Part shown: positions 22,301 through 35,300 of the stretch, piece by piece
Layout of the letters: the number at the start of each line of letters is the position of its first letter
How positions within the stretch are numbered: the first letter of the stretch is position 1
Assembly (NCBI GenBank): GCA_000934665.2
Contig: KZ538208.1
Span: 62,001 to 100,275, forward strand
Direction: 5' to 3'
Source: Catajapyx aquilonaris
Lineage: Eukaryota
DNA length: 38,275 nt
Translations under genes and position numbers: made by a program
The notes under the pieces: generated by a model
Told to the model about the DNA's origin: nothing
The model's input: the letters and a program-made list of their open reading frames with translations, nothing else
The model's database searches: none

Positions 22301-25300
22301 GGTGCCACGGTCCTAAATGTCTTATCCGACTTAGGATGAGGGCACTCGCCTGGTGTGTATACAATAGGAGCTATGATTAGGTCGCGGAATTAGATGCTCC
22401 CGATGTATCGATAGTTTGTCCGAGCTGATAGTACCACTACCGCTCGCATGTGGCAGGAGTGCGTGCGATCTGAGAAGGACAGAGTGCGACATCTATGAGC
22501 AATATTTGTCAATTTTTTTTTTGAGGTTTATTGCCCGTGAGTTTTTGAAGGGGCGGCCGGTACAATGCAGTTTGGGGTTATACGGTCTTGTACACAATTT
22601 AGGAGCGATGTGGGGGATATCATTGAGCACGGATTGCCTCCTGAGAGTAGGGGGAGAACTACTGTAATTTGATTGGTTTCCTTTCACAGCCAATAAACCT
22701 TGAAACTCGGTGAGGGTAGAGATAAATTCCAGTAGGAAACTTTCCACCGCGGTGCAAATTGGGCCTGTCAAATTGCACAGTTGGCATGTTGCTTCCTCAA
22801 AGAGACTGGTTTCAACCCCATTTTTTGGTAGTTTTTTTTAGCGAGTATTTTGCCGGCGGAGAGAAATAGAGCTCAATAAACCCGTAGTCTGCCGCCATAT
22901 AACCCAGCGTACATTATAAGCGGCGTGGACCCTACTTTTACGCCCGTACAATATCGCAAATGCGCTCGATTATTTCGCGTTTTAGTTCCCCAATAAGAAC
23001 GGATTGCTTCAAACCCAATGGCGAAAAAAAACTGCGATATTTACCACTTTTTAAACAATTTGAGCCACAAAAAACCCACGGAAATTTCAAATTACCTTAG
23101 TGTTTGCGTGACAAATTAGAGTTGCGCAATCGGTGTTACTGGTATGTTTTTTTAAAAAATACTATTATTTAGTATAGTAAGGCGAGGCTAGGCCAATTAT
23201 CATCGGAGCCCCGCCCCCCCGGAGAGGGGCGTCCTGTTTGCACATAATCCAAATTTAAATACTGTAATGAGTCCGGGCTTTGTGAGAATTCATGTGATCC
23301 CAGGGAAGGACAAGGTTTTCTAACAGGGGGCGGTAATCTCCCCCCCCCCCCCCCCCCNCCTGCACCCCAATCGGTCATTAAAACCTGTTTGTTTTTCATT
23401 TCCAGCTGGGGATGTTGCCGGCTCGTTCCGGGCTATAAATGCCTACGACGATGATGTCGCCCCGGAAAAGCGACTGGTTTTAGAGGGCTCGGGGAGTCAT
23501 TTAGTCCCGGATGGCCATCTGTTAGGGGGCTTAATGAACGTTATTAATTGCACAGTGTTGCTAGGAAAAGACAAAACGAATTCCTTCGTCGCCTGAGAGC
23601 AAGATTGCAAAAGGGGAGAGAGAGAGTCTGGCTGGATGTTAGAAATAGGCCACTATTTTAGCAGTACATTCGTGCAAATTTCTGATATGTACTACTAAAA
23701 CTATCCTGGTTCATTGCTAATAATAAACCCACCTCTTTACCCGTGCTCGGCCACCAGTCCAGCTTGTTGCATATATTGGAACGAGTTCATTTCCTGTTTG
23801 CTTAAATACTGCGGGGACAAACATGTAAGGGCAAAAGAGCAATTAATTGATGAATTGATTCAGTGTCAGTTGGCTTTGGCGGGGGCCTGGGCGCTCATTG
23901 TGCCGGCCTGATGCCAACAGAGAGAGAGACTGGGGAGGGTAGCTATAGGGAGAGGTGGGGGTAGGAATAAGCCAATTTTGCGCTCTTTTAACCTTTGACG
24001 ATTGGTCTACGGGAGTAATCAAATGCCCGCCTGGACTCATCCCCTATTTTTTTTTGTGAGGGTTCTCTTTATGCAAAACGGGAGTGAATCACATTTTGCA
24101 GTTGGGTGATGAATGCCTGCATTGATAGGGTTATTCTAATGCAATATTACATGTACACCACTGATTTTTTGTGCAAAATATTTTGGGGGGCAAAAAAGTG
24201 GGTTCTCAGAGTGACAGGGTCGGTGTCGCATCCCCGAAGCCGCGAGCAACATTACGTATGCATGGGAAATGCGTAATGCAGTTTGTCGGAAGCATATCAC
24301 ACTCTTTCACAGCCAGCTTCAGCTAGGTCGAAACATTGGGGCCAGACTATCTTGCTTAATGGGACGGTCCCCATGTGTATGTAAACGGTGCTTATCACCA
24401 GAACCTCCGGGACGGCTCGCAGATGTTTGCTTTCGGAATGCTAAATCCTAACATTTTCTACAGCCTCCTCCTCTCTTTGTGCTCTTGCTGTAACAGGAGG
24501 CCAATTTGTTCTGGTGGGACAGATAGGAACCAGCCTACGTGTTAGGCAACCGGGTGGACAGGCGTGTAATGCAGATTGCTCTGAACTGGTAGGATAAGAT
24601 GGCTGAATGTGTAGGGAAAAAAATACGAAATTTCTTGTCTAAAACCGGTTGAACAGCAGTATCTGCATAATATACTCTCGAATAAATGTTAAAATTGAAA
24701 TTTTAAAATTTTAAATTACAAAAATAAATATGAACCCATCAGTGTGTCGTACAATATGATGAAAACTGATAGGACATTTTCAACAGCCATTTATTGCAAA
24801 TATTCGCACCACTTGTCATGTAACCGTAAAACCTGCCATTTTTGCAGTGAAGATTACGGGCCAAGTGTCAGGCTGCCATATCAGCCGCGACTGCCGTATG
24901 TTATATGATGTTAGCTACGTTAACCCGGTGTATTACCAGACATGCAAACAAATCCGCGATTCTTACCCTTCTAACCCCAGATGTGGAGTTACCTAATGGA
25001 TATAGCAATATTGAATTTTTTTTGGTGGGTAAAAGTATGAGTTTTTTTGCTCAACTTAAAAGTGTAAAGGTCAGGTTGTACCAAGAGTAAATAATTTACT
25101 CTTGGTTGTACGTATTTAATTGGGTCACCTGCATACTCGTTATCCGTTATTTTTAACGATCCATTTTCTTGCGAGTTAGGCTCCTCCCATGTTGTCAATA
25201 TTTGCGTCGTTTTTTCCCTCCACTTTTTTTTTGCATTGCCAATTTGAATCGGGCTTTCCGAAAAAAAAGAGCGGCTCTTATCTGTTTTTGCGCATTGTAC

Positions 25301-26992
25301 GCCGATGCGTCCGACCAGAGGCAGAAAAGCTGCACTGATCAAATCAAAATCGGCTTTCAATCCTGCCCCCCTCCTCCTCTCCTATACCCTCTAACCACAG
25401 TTTACGAGCCCGAAAAAAAAAAAAAGTCAACAAACTATTGGATGATCCTCATTTTCTGGTTGTGCGTGTGTGAACCGGTGATGAATTTTTATGGAACTGT
25501 ATATAGCTACCTTGCCCCCGAGTATCAAATGAACTGTACGTTTTTTGTGTAACCGGTGGGTGGAAGATGAGCCGTGTGGTTGGCGTAATAGCCGCAGCCA
25601 TGCCGACTAATATCCGCGGCGATTAAAACGAATCGGTGTCCTGATCCGGTTTATCTACACCTGTAGGCACAGAAAAAAGTGGGAGGAGTCCCAAAAGTGG
25701 GAGGGGCTAATGGCGTTCGGTTCGGCGCATGCGCAATTTTCACGTTGTCGTTATCGTTTGCCGTATATTTTTTCGGGAGGGCACAGAGGGTAAAAGGGTA
25801 TGGTCGATTTGCAAGCGACCGCTATCATTTTGGCGAATTGTGCAAGCGGAAAGAGGAGGGGGTGTGCAGCCCGCGTTAGTTGAATAGGCTGCAAACCAGA
25901 GCGGCGGTTGACAATATGCGACGCCATCGGGAGCGTGAACAGCAGTTTGGGCCACCCCACCCTCCCCTACTCCGACAGTTGGCGAGGTTGCCATGATTGG
26001 ATGGGGCTCTGGGATCATAAGCAGCACCGCTACACAACTACGCAAAACTATTGGCTTGGGTGCACTTCCGTATAAAGTACAGGGTCTTCAAATGGGATTT
26101 ACGCTTGTCAGTTCTTCGCTTAACAAGGAATGGGAATTGGTCGCATTTTTTGGATGCTAAACCGCAGTGGACAATCCAATTTTAGGCAGGTTTGTGACAG
26201 CCTGGAGTATTGTTGAAAGGCGGTGGACAAACAGACGGATTTATTGTTGAGCGTACCGGTACAAATATTTGCACACTGCAATCAACAGGTTTATAGCCAG
26301 CCGCACGAACAGGCCTCCAATTTGTTCAAAAAAAGAGTACACTGTAAGGCTAGTTGAGTAGGAAAATTCGACTTCACACATTGTTGCAAATAGGTCGTTT
26401 TTGCTTGACAATGTCAGTATTAGCCTACATCTTGTGTGTTACCCATACAGGACCGGTTGAAAGATTACAATATGCGACATTGTCAGAGAAAGGCGAAGGA
26501 AGCGATAACGTTCCATTATGTTACGGTTATGTGCCATTGCATTTGAGATACGACGGTAGGGTTGGAACAAAAAAAAAAAAAAATGGAGGGGGGAGGTTGA
26601 GATAGGGGGGTTCCTTAGCAGGCTTTTCCACAAAGAAGACATTCGAAATGACCTGACCGCAGTTGGGCCAGATCAAGATCGGGTCAGGAATTGTTACGAG
26701 CCGACCGGTGCGTAAATCTCCGGCCGAGTTGTTTGTCAGGGGGGGCCTAGTAGGAGAGTAGACCCCAGCAAAATCTGGGCGAGATCTGTGGAGAGAAATT
26801 ATCTTGAGTTATGGCATGCAATAGAAAGACGGGGCATGGGAAGTCGTTAAAGGCACTTTTGGGGGCGGTCGGAACCGACTACAATACTGCCCTTTAGGTT
26901 CCAATCGCATTTTAACGACTTATACAAACAGCGATTATATTAAGCGCGATTTGGCGGTCGCGGGTCGAAAACAGCGGTCATTTCCACAAAGC

Positions 26993-27240
26993 GCGATTGT
27001 GCTACCGGGGTCGAAAATAGTTGGTGTCGTAGCCGTTATTTGTGCACTAAACGCGATTGTGCTATCGGGGTCGAAAATAGTTGGTGTGGTAGCCGTTATT
27101 TGTGCACTAAACGCAATTGTGCTATCAGGGTCGAAAATAGTTGTTGTCGTAGCCGTTATTTGTGCACTAAACGCGATTGTGCTACCGGGGTCGAAAATAG
27201 TTGGTGTCGTAGCCGTTATTTGTGTACTAAACGCGATTGC
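26993..27240. repeat. 60-bp minisatellite, about 4.1 near-identical copies
   Basis: Unit GCGATTGTGCTACCGGGGTCGAAAATAGTTGGTGTCGTAGCCGTTATTTGTGCACTAAAC starts at 26993, 27053, 27113 and 27173, with degenerate partial units on both sides (about 26925-27270). Confidence 0.95.
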
Positions 27241-27785
27241 AGTCTTGGCTTATCGCAAATAGCGGCTATCTGTAACATTTTGACGTTTCATTGTTGTAAA
27301 TCACCGGAATGGCCCCAGCGTCCAGCTAAATCTTTCAGGTCACGTGCTCCAATAATGAAACCCTCCCTGGTGTGAATATTAATCCGGGATTTAGGGCAAT
27401 ATGGGACGCCTTGACCCTGGTCCTAATTTGCGACATGAGTTTGCGGTATTGCATGACAAGGTGGGGGAGGAGGGGGGGTGTTCTTCCCCAGTGTTATATA
27501 TATATTTTTTCGAACAGTCCCTTGGGCGTTGCAGTGATGGGGGGTGGGGGGTGTCGAGGGTGTAGAAGTGGTACACATAGCAACCCCGCCTGAGTCCCCC
27601 CCCCCTTCCATACCCTGCCCTTTCTACCCTCCCCACCCCGACCAACCAACTCAACATCGACCACTCAGCGGCCGAGAGACCGGGGCTCGGGGTCTCCCGC
27701 TGTTGCTATGGCAGCGATGGCCAAAGCAATAAAGTGACCACAGTGACAGCGTGTATGAGTTATTGATTGTCCGGGAATGGGCTGG

Positions 27786-27786
<1 letters not shown>

Positions 27787-27836
<50 letters not shown>
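27787..27836. repeat. (CT)25 microsatellite
   Basis: Perfect CT dinucleotide run, which explains the ERERER and LSLSLS ORFs. Confidence 0.97.
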
Positions 27837-27840
<4 letters not shown>

Positions 27841-28039
27841 TGGGGCCAAGTTCGAGAGAGAAAAGCCAGAGACAACCCGGGGGATGACTCGCGACATGCC
27901 GGATGGCGCATGAAATGGATGCTTGCTTGGCCTGGGGATCTATGAGGGAATGATGGAGACTACGGGGGTGTCTCAACCAATTTTCAAAGCATGGGAAGTA
28001 TATGGGTATGGCACGTGTGGTATAATCAAGTTGTATTTT

Positions 28040-28285
28040 TAAACGCGTTATTTTTTACACTAATCGCGATTTTGGCTTCTGTTAGTCAAAATAGTGGTTA
28101 TAGATAGCAGTCATTTTACACAAAACACGATTGTTACTTCCGCTATTCAAAACACCTCTTTCAGGAGAATTTTTAAACACTAATCGCGATTTTTCTTATG
28201 TTAGTCAAATTAGCAGCTTCAGTAGCAGCTATTTTACAATAAGCGCGATTGCATCATCTAGCGGTTAGAAATATCAGCTATTTTA
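28040..28285. repeat. Diverged array of the same 60-bp repeat family
   Basis: C(G/A)CGATT cores at 28065, 28126, 28185 and 28244 (about 60-bp period). The 17-mer ACACTAATCGCGATTTT is exact at 28057 and 28177. It shares the ACTAA-CGCGATT...TC-AAATAG...TAGC-G-TATTT skeleton with the 26993 array. Confidence 0.7.
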
Positions 28286-30479
28286 AGTAGTTGCACATAT
28301 TTGGCTGCATAGGACAGTTGGCTGGGATCTGACGAGGTTTTAATAAATGCCTAATCCTCGATGCAATATTTTCATCGATATTGAAGTGTTTTGGGGGCCA
28401 TGTTTTTTTAAAAAGCCAGCCGGATCAGCCGAGATTTGCTAAAATGCATTGTGCCGTTTACAGTGAAAATGCTGGCTTTTGTCATGCAGTAGCGGGCTGT
28501 TAACATGTGGAGTCCCGGTTCTTTTTAAGTGTTGACGTGCAGGTCGGATCATATTCGCAGCGGGTAATGTCACTTTCCACGAGCGATTATAATTGCTGCT
28601 TGACGGTACGCGATAAACCGCAGTTTAGCGGTGTGCGCGAAAATATCGAATCGTGTCGAACGCCTGATTAATAAATACAAGCGGTATTTACGAGAGCACA
28701 ATTAATGAGATAGCGACACAAGATGGACAGTAAATGTTCGACTGATTTTCATTCGTGTCTATAGCCTGGGAACATAGCGGGTTAGAACTCGTTGAGGTGT
28801 AGAATCACTGGAAAAATTTTCACACAAGGATGTACCTGCAGCGTTACCGATGGCTGCTCTGTTATGGTAGGATTGAATAATTATTATGTTGCCTTTTTTT
28901 TCTTTCTCTTTTCTTCTGAGGTGTGTGCATGGTCACGTGCCAAATGGAGGCCAACGGGCGTGGAAATCTGGTATCCCTTCACGCCCGTCCCCTTCAGGGT
29001 AATTATTAGATTCATGGGCGGTGGAGAAAAGAAACTGCAAGTTGTGGGAACCACCCAATTGGACAGTCTCTTCCGTAACCTCAAAGTCTCACTAAAAACT
29101 TTGAAAGATTTTTCGATGTTCATAGGGTTCACGCCCTCTGGCACAATACATGTTAGGTAGGTGTCGAAAGGTGTGTCCCGAATTGTCATTGGCCAAATTG
29201 CGAGCATTGTACGCACGGATGCGCACACTCACTCATAAACCTTCACTCGCCTTGAGCCGCCATATATATATTTTTTTGTGTAAGTCTCACACACTTTCTC
29301 CGCACCTTTTGAGTGTTGGCGCTCGTATATCTTACGTCAGAGACTTTTAAGCCGGCCGTAATGGCGGCTGTTTATTACATTTTATCCGTTGCGGCGCAGT
29401 GGAGTTTCGGTTCAATGCGGTAATTTCGCCGCTGCGAAATTCCGGAAGGTAAACAAAGCTGGTTTGTGTTTACATGGGGGGGCTGGTAGGTGTTCTCTAT
29501 GGAACAATTTGCAACCGGGGCTTCCAGCATTGTTGTGTGTGGGGGTCCTCCGAAGCCAGACGTAGGCCACCTGGGATTAATTCAACACTGAATCGATAGG
29601 TGTCTTATTTTAGTTAATCGTCTTATGATGACTTGGGGGATACCCCCTCCGATTGTTGTTGTCGGTGGGGGCGATCCGGCAGCAAAATCGACCCGTCAGT
29701 GTCAAAGCCATCTGGCCCGCGGCAATTAAATGCCTGGGGATACTTTGCTTTTGTAGAGCTGTTTGCAAAATTGGCGCGTTATTGTGGCGCGGGAAATATG
29801 CCCTATTTTGGGGCCAAAAATTACAATCGCGTTTGAGTGAAATTGCTACCGCTATGAAATTCTTGGGCCCATTTGTATATCACATAACCCCCCCACGGGG
29901 TGAGGCTCAGAAAATGTTAAACTCGGTTGGGTAATTATCACATGTCCGATCCCCCCCCCAACTCCCAAGTCTAATTATGGTAATTAGGGCACATGCCGTG
30001 GGCGAGAAGTAGTATCACCTCATTGCAGATTCATTCATCGTTTTGTCGGTGGACATGTGCTTCACATATTGTTAATTGAGGGTGTTTTGCAAATAGCTAG
30101 TAAGGCACCAAAAGATGGATCGAGAGCGTTATTTAAGTGGGTGCAATTAAAATTTCATTTCCCGCCGGACTGGCTGCCAAGGGGATTTTGGGGGGAAGGG
30201 CTATACTCGTCTGGGGCCCCCAGAAGGAAAAGCCCTGGCTGTCAGTCTGCGGCTTGCATGGGAACACCTCCCGGCCATCTTTTTTTAGGTTCAACGTTGG
30301 GCAATGAGCGAGAGAGCCAAGCCAAACCAGCCAGCCAAGCCCAAGCCAAGCTCCACTTTGGGTGCTTTCTACTCTGCACGCTCTGAGCGTGATGCTCTTG
30401 AGTGCCAGGCTGGGGGCATAAATCAGGTGCAACTTCATGGCTGTCGGTCAGATGTGCAGGAGAAAACCAATAGGTATAG

Positions 30480-30637
30480 CCTGTAGATGCCTATAAGCTG
30501 GCTGGCACCATTGGCCTGACCTGTAAGACGCCTATAAGCTGGGCACCACTCAGGATATACCTACGGACACTACTCAGGGGGTATGCCTTCTGGCACCACT
30601 AGCGGGACATATTTTAGTAAGACACCTGGCACCACTG
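30480..30637. repeat. Short degenerate direct repeats with a GGCACCA core
   Basis: CCTGTA(A)GA(T/C)GCCTATAAGCTGG at 30480 and 30520. GGCACCA at 30504, 30542, 30592 and 30628. Confidence 0.65.
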
Positions 30638-32141
30638 AAGATCAACGAACGATGAGTCAAGCCAGCCGGAAATGTCTTTGGGCCCCCTAAAATTTTAAAG
30701 TTAATTTACATACTCTAGAAATTACAGCTATAAGGAGTGAATGAGGATGGGCCCAGCTGCATCTTTGCCCCGAGCAGAGGGTATGAAACTGCCAGCCTTG
30801 TTTTGTTGCGGAAATGCCGACAACATCGTTTTGACTTTAAAATGGTGTGAAGCTGGCCACATGCATATACGGGGTATTTATGTCAGGAGCCGGAGGGAGA
30901 TGCCGTTGTATTAAAACCTAGATTAGACTAATGGACGATAGACTTCAGATTAGTTGGGGGGGGGGGGCTAGAGAAAAAAAAGAGCCGTGATAAAACGTGA
31001 CTCACCAGGAAGTGTAGTCCCCTCGGAGGCAAGTATGTCAGTGATGACAACTCATGTGTATTGTTGAAGGTCGAAGTTTGCGCAGTTTCCCACACACGAA
31101 ATAGCAACGTTCAATTTTCTTGATACGGAAATGGCTACAATTTATTTTTCTTAAAAAAGTAACTGAGAGGTGGAAGTTCAATCTTTTTTGACTAATTGGA
31201 GTTTACGTGCTGGGATCTGATAAGAAGGTGAGGTTAAACATTGTCTTCGCCCATTGCGTGCCGGATCGTGGGAAATCCATTTCTGGTCGCATTTTTGCAA
31301 TTTTCCTTCACCGTGCAAAAAAGCGCGGTTGCTAGTTCACCTGAAGATAAGATAAGGCTGTTTTGTAACCGATATTGACCTTGGCAGTGATCTGAAGACT
31401 GCTTTTTTTTAACGTTTTTCCCATGGAGTCCATTAGCCATGAACCTGAGTGTCTTCTGCTACCTACGATCCAGTCAAAAGGCACCTGGTTTGCCCTCGGG
31501 CGGGTGTCAGGTGGCCGGTTTCGCCCAGGTTCTTGAGCCCTTCGCCTTACAGCCGCCGACGGCGTTGCCCGATTGAATCTCGCCCACGGTGAACCGTTTT
31601 TGGTGAGGTCATCTAAGGGTCACGCTCTGGTGCCATCTTTCACGGGGGTGCGAGCTTACAAGAAACGGGTCATTGCACCAATACCAATGATTCAGGCTGA
31701 TTCTACGAAAACATGGGTACGAGATCCTGCATAAAATATATGACACATTTTTGCCTCCGTGCAAATTTTGGGCATAACAATGGATGGCCAAATTGATGAG
31801 CTTTATGCGTAACGGCGTATGTTCATGTAACAATTAATTAGGTTTTCTAACCCGTTGATTGCGAATAAAGGGGGGAAAACAAAGGGGGTTGGCAGACAAT
31901 GGAAGGGTTGTAAGGAACAAATTTGCCGTGCCTGATGGTGCAGATTGGAGTAAACAGAATTCTGTGCATATTTTTATATCATTAATGGTACCACGCTTCT
32001 TATTGTACGGAAAGTGACAAACAAGTCTCTCTTATCTGTGATGCGGCGGGAGGTACCGCCTTGTCATCACGTACACACACCGTGTGCATATATCACCCAA
32101 CCCCACCCAAAGTAACGTGTGTCTTCCTCTCAATTCTGCAG

Positions 32142-32326
32142 CTGGAAGAGCGGTTATCGGCCGAGTTCTCCGCGGATGTTGCATCTGGTTGGTGGTCCGT
32201 CGGCCAACCGCATGTGAATTAGTGGTCTTCCGAAGAACTTCGGGCTTCCGGACGACCGAATTCTGGAGCTCTCAATTCCGAAACCTCGGGTTCCGGGGGA
32301 CGTCGGAGGAGAGGGAGAAAGTGAAG
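32142..32326 (+). other. Candidate internal exon (probably 5'UTR), 185 nt
   Basis: Strong acceptor gtcttcctctcaattctgcAG (AG at 32140-32141) with a possible branch point GTAAC about 25-30 nt upstream. GC-rich body, strong donor AAG|GTAAGA at 32327. No recognisable peptide. Confidence 0.4.
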
Positions 32327-35300
32327 GTAAGAGTTGGGTGATGGGGAGGAAACATATGGCTTCCGTGGGCAGGAAGTTTCATTTTGGAATCAGCCTGAGG
32401 GGCAATGAGACAACGTGCAGACCGGGGTATATATGGGAAAGCTTTCCACGAACCCACTGTTCTTGGAAGGGGCTTCTTCAGGTGTTGAGAGGCGACCCAA
32501 TCTGGCAACGTTGTTTATCAGTTTGCAAAACGGCCGGGGAAGCTTCCTCCTCCGCCCTCGCCTTCATCTGAATACGATGATTAGGGACTTTATAACTGTA
32601 CACAAATCGTGCATTTGCATTTTAAATGCGTCTCCTCCAGTCCTTTGGAGACTTGAGCCGTGGTCGGTGGACGACTAGCCCCTAGGGGCACTAGGGTAAG
32701 TCTGGTGGTGGCCGAGGCGGGATTTCCAGCACCGCCGACAGGACTTGGGCCATGGAAATGAGGGAGATGCTGCAAGGAAGCTGGCGGAAAGGGTGTCCGG
32801 TAAATTGGGCACATCTTTGGTCATGAATTATGCAAGAAGCGCGCCTTCTCAATGTGGCCGCGAGCTGGCTGTGGTCAGGTTGAAACCAGCGTCTTCATGA
32901 CCAAACCCAACATGGCCGTCACCCGTTACATCCGCCATCTTAAGGTGGCCCACGCGACTTTTAGACAATTCCTGTTGACGACTTTTGGATGAGCGAGGAT
33001 CCAAAAATAGTGGTGCTCAATCAGCAGGAATATAATTGCACCGGACCAGTACTATAAATTAACGAGGTACCGAGCACAAAAGAGAGATCCGAGGCTCGAT
33101 TTTCAGCCTGAATTGGTCAACAGTATGGAGCTACTGTTGTCTCTCTGTGTGTTTTTTCGAGCGGCTCTATTTGGGTGGGGAAGCAACGCCATTTCCGCTG
33201 AAACCATTTGACTGGGATGTAATAGAATATTCCGGTTGTAACATGGAGCCCCCCCGATCGGCACGCGGTTCTACTCTCAACAGTTTGAAATTACAGCGGA
33301 ATCGGCTGCCTCTATTCACTGAATAGATAAGCACATTAATGCGCAATATTGTGAATACGGCGGGTTGGGATAAAAGCATGTCGGTTGGGGGGGGGTTCAC
33401 TCTACGGCTGAAAATGATGCTGTAACTAGTTTTTTTTTTCAACATGAACACTGGAAGGTTTGCTAAGTCAAATGCTGGTTTTAGCCCCTGCGGAAACCGG
33501 TATTGTTCGAGCACAAAATAAGAGCAGGGTATAATTCAAGGCACGTCATTATAATTTGGGTACTTGCACACCCCCACACATGTTGGGGGTAATTGAATGA
33601 ACGGCCAATGCTAGGATGCGGAGCGCCGGATTATTAACAGTGTTTACTAGGGACGAGCGCAAACAAAACCCGGGTGTTGTAACGCAAAAATGTTAACATG
33701 TAAAAAGAAAAGTAATACAACATAAAAACTAGCTAGGGGCTTGAAGGGGTGTAATTTTCGTTTGCCTGTGCTGCCTTCAGCAATCGGAACCTTGGCTCTT
33801 TGTGTTGAACAGTGCTAAAAGGCAATAACGGAGCCGGCCTTTGTATGCGGCATGTGTGTAGATATATATGGACCTGCGAGTGTGTGTGTGTGTGTGTAGT
33901 TGTAATTATATCGGAGTCTGCCCTGGGAATGATCATCTTTCCTGCCCGGTTGGTTTTGGGGAGATATTATTGGACGGGTTAAAGCGCGAAGGATAGCGTT
34001 TGTCGTGGGAGGGTGAGGTGGGAGTTAAATTTATTACAATCCTTGGGCTACATTTTTTTTTTCGCAATTTGCGGTGGATCCACCGTTAAAATTAAATGAA
34101 ATGTTTTGATTATCGGATTTTACATTCTTTGCCCTTGGTGCGAGCGAAGACGGAGATTTTTTCGCGAACCGCAGATTAATATTACAAAAATCTGCTACAA
34201 AAACCTGGAGAAAACCGCTGCCCTTGTTTGGCACAGAGGCGTGAATAATCCGGAGAGAAAGTGTTGTGCATCAGCCATACCGTGGGGTACAGCTTATTAA
34301 TAAACAGTAACATGTTGCTGGATCAGACAATTTGTACACACATATGAGGCTGGAAGCAATATAAGCGGGACACGGATATTAGAATGAGCTGCAGCGGTCG
34401 ATCCGACTGGTTTGTGAATAAAGCGTAATTATGATTTGTGGTTACGATTGAACCCGGGAGCTTTGGGTTGATTTTGCAGCGTAGAAATGAACTAGGCGGG
34501 GTTTATATGACAAGCTGCTGCCTGGAGAGGAAAATAGGAACCGTTTTTTTTGTGTGTCTTTTTTTTTCTGGGATGGGGAGGAAGAGGAAATCGTGCCTTC
34601 GCGATCAAGAATTTCGCCCCGCAATAACCCGACGTTTATCGACAGGGTCGCTGCGAAAGATTTCAATCTGGAGAAAGGAGATGGCCCTTTTCCCTCTGCC
34701 TCACTCTCCATCTCTCAGAGAAGAGCCAGGGGTTGACGAAGAACCAGAAAAAAAAGGGGGGGACATGCTGATGGCGGCAGGTTCTTGGTCCTATAGTTTC
34801 GTCTGACAGAGGTGGGAATGAAGCAAATTCCAATAATCGTTTCTTGCAGATGGTTCATCTCCAAGGATATGGGTTGAGAGTGTTTGTAGCCGTATTGGCA
34901 GGAGGGCGCATTCATTTCCATAGTTTGAACTCGGAAGCTGGGCAATTCAAGATGGTGGACCAATTTTGTGTCGGGTCCAGAGACGGTATTAGCTTCCTAA
35001 ACACAAAATGGGTAGTCCAAACGTCCCTGTTTGTTGGAGGAGAATGGCAGCCGCCGACTTCATAGGCAATAAATCCGGGGGGCCAGCGTAGGAAGAAGCC
35101 GAATTTAATCGCCGGCAGCTGTCCATAGGGGGAGGCCAGCTAGAATCGCATCTACTTCCAGGGAGCGACGATGTAACCGTTCATTTCCCCGAGAAGGAGC
35201 ATTGTCTCTAAGTTGGCAGCGACGCCAAGCGGCAGCGTCGCTCCTCCCGACAGAAGTTGACAAAAGGTTCTGCTTATTATTGTCGAGCCGGAGCAGTGTT

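Noticed and set aside
24308..24319. CACAGCCAGCTT partial match to miR-2
   Set aside because: The seed start is mismatched and no precursor hairpin is visible.
26951..27375. Repeat-protein ORFs or a CRISPR-like array
   Set aside because: The 60-bp units are head-to-tail with no unique spacers in a eukaryotic context, and the ORFs arise because the unit length is a multiple of three.
31667..31679. GGGTCATTGCACC ecdysone-response-element-like IR1
   Set aside because: It fits the degenerate consensus, but a single such match in 38 kb is not unexpected by chance and there is no supporting cluster.
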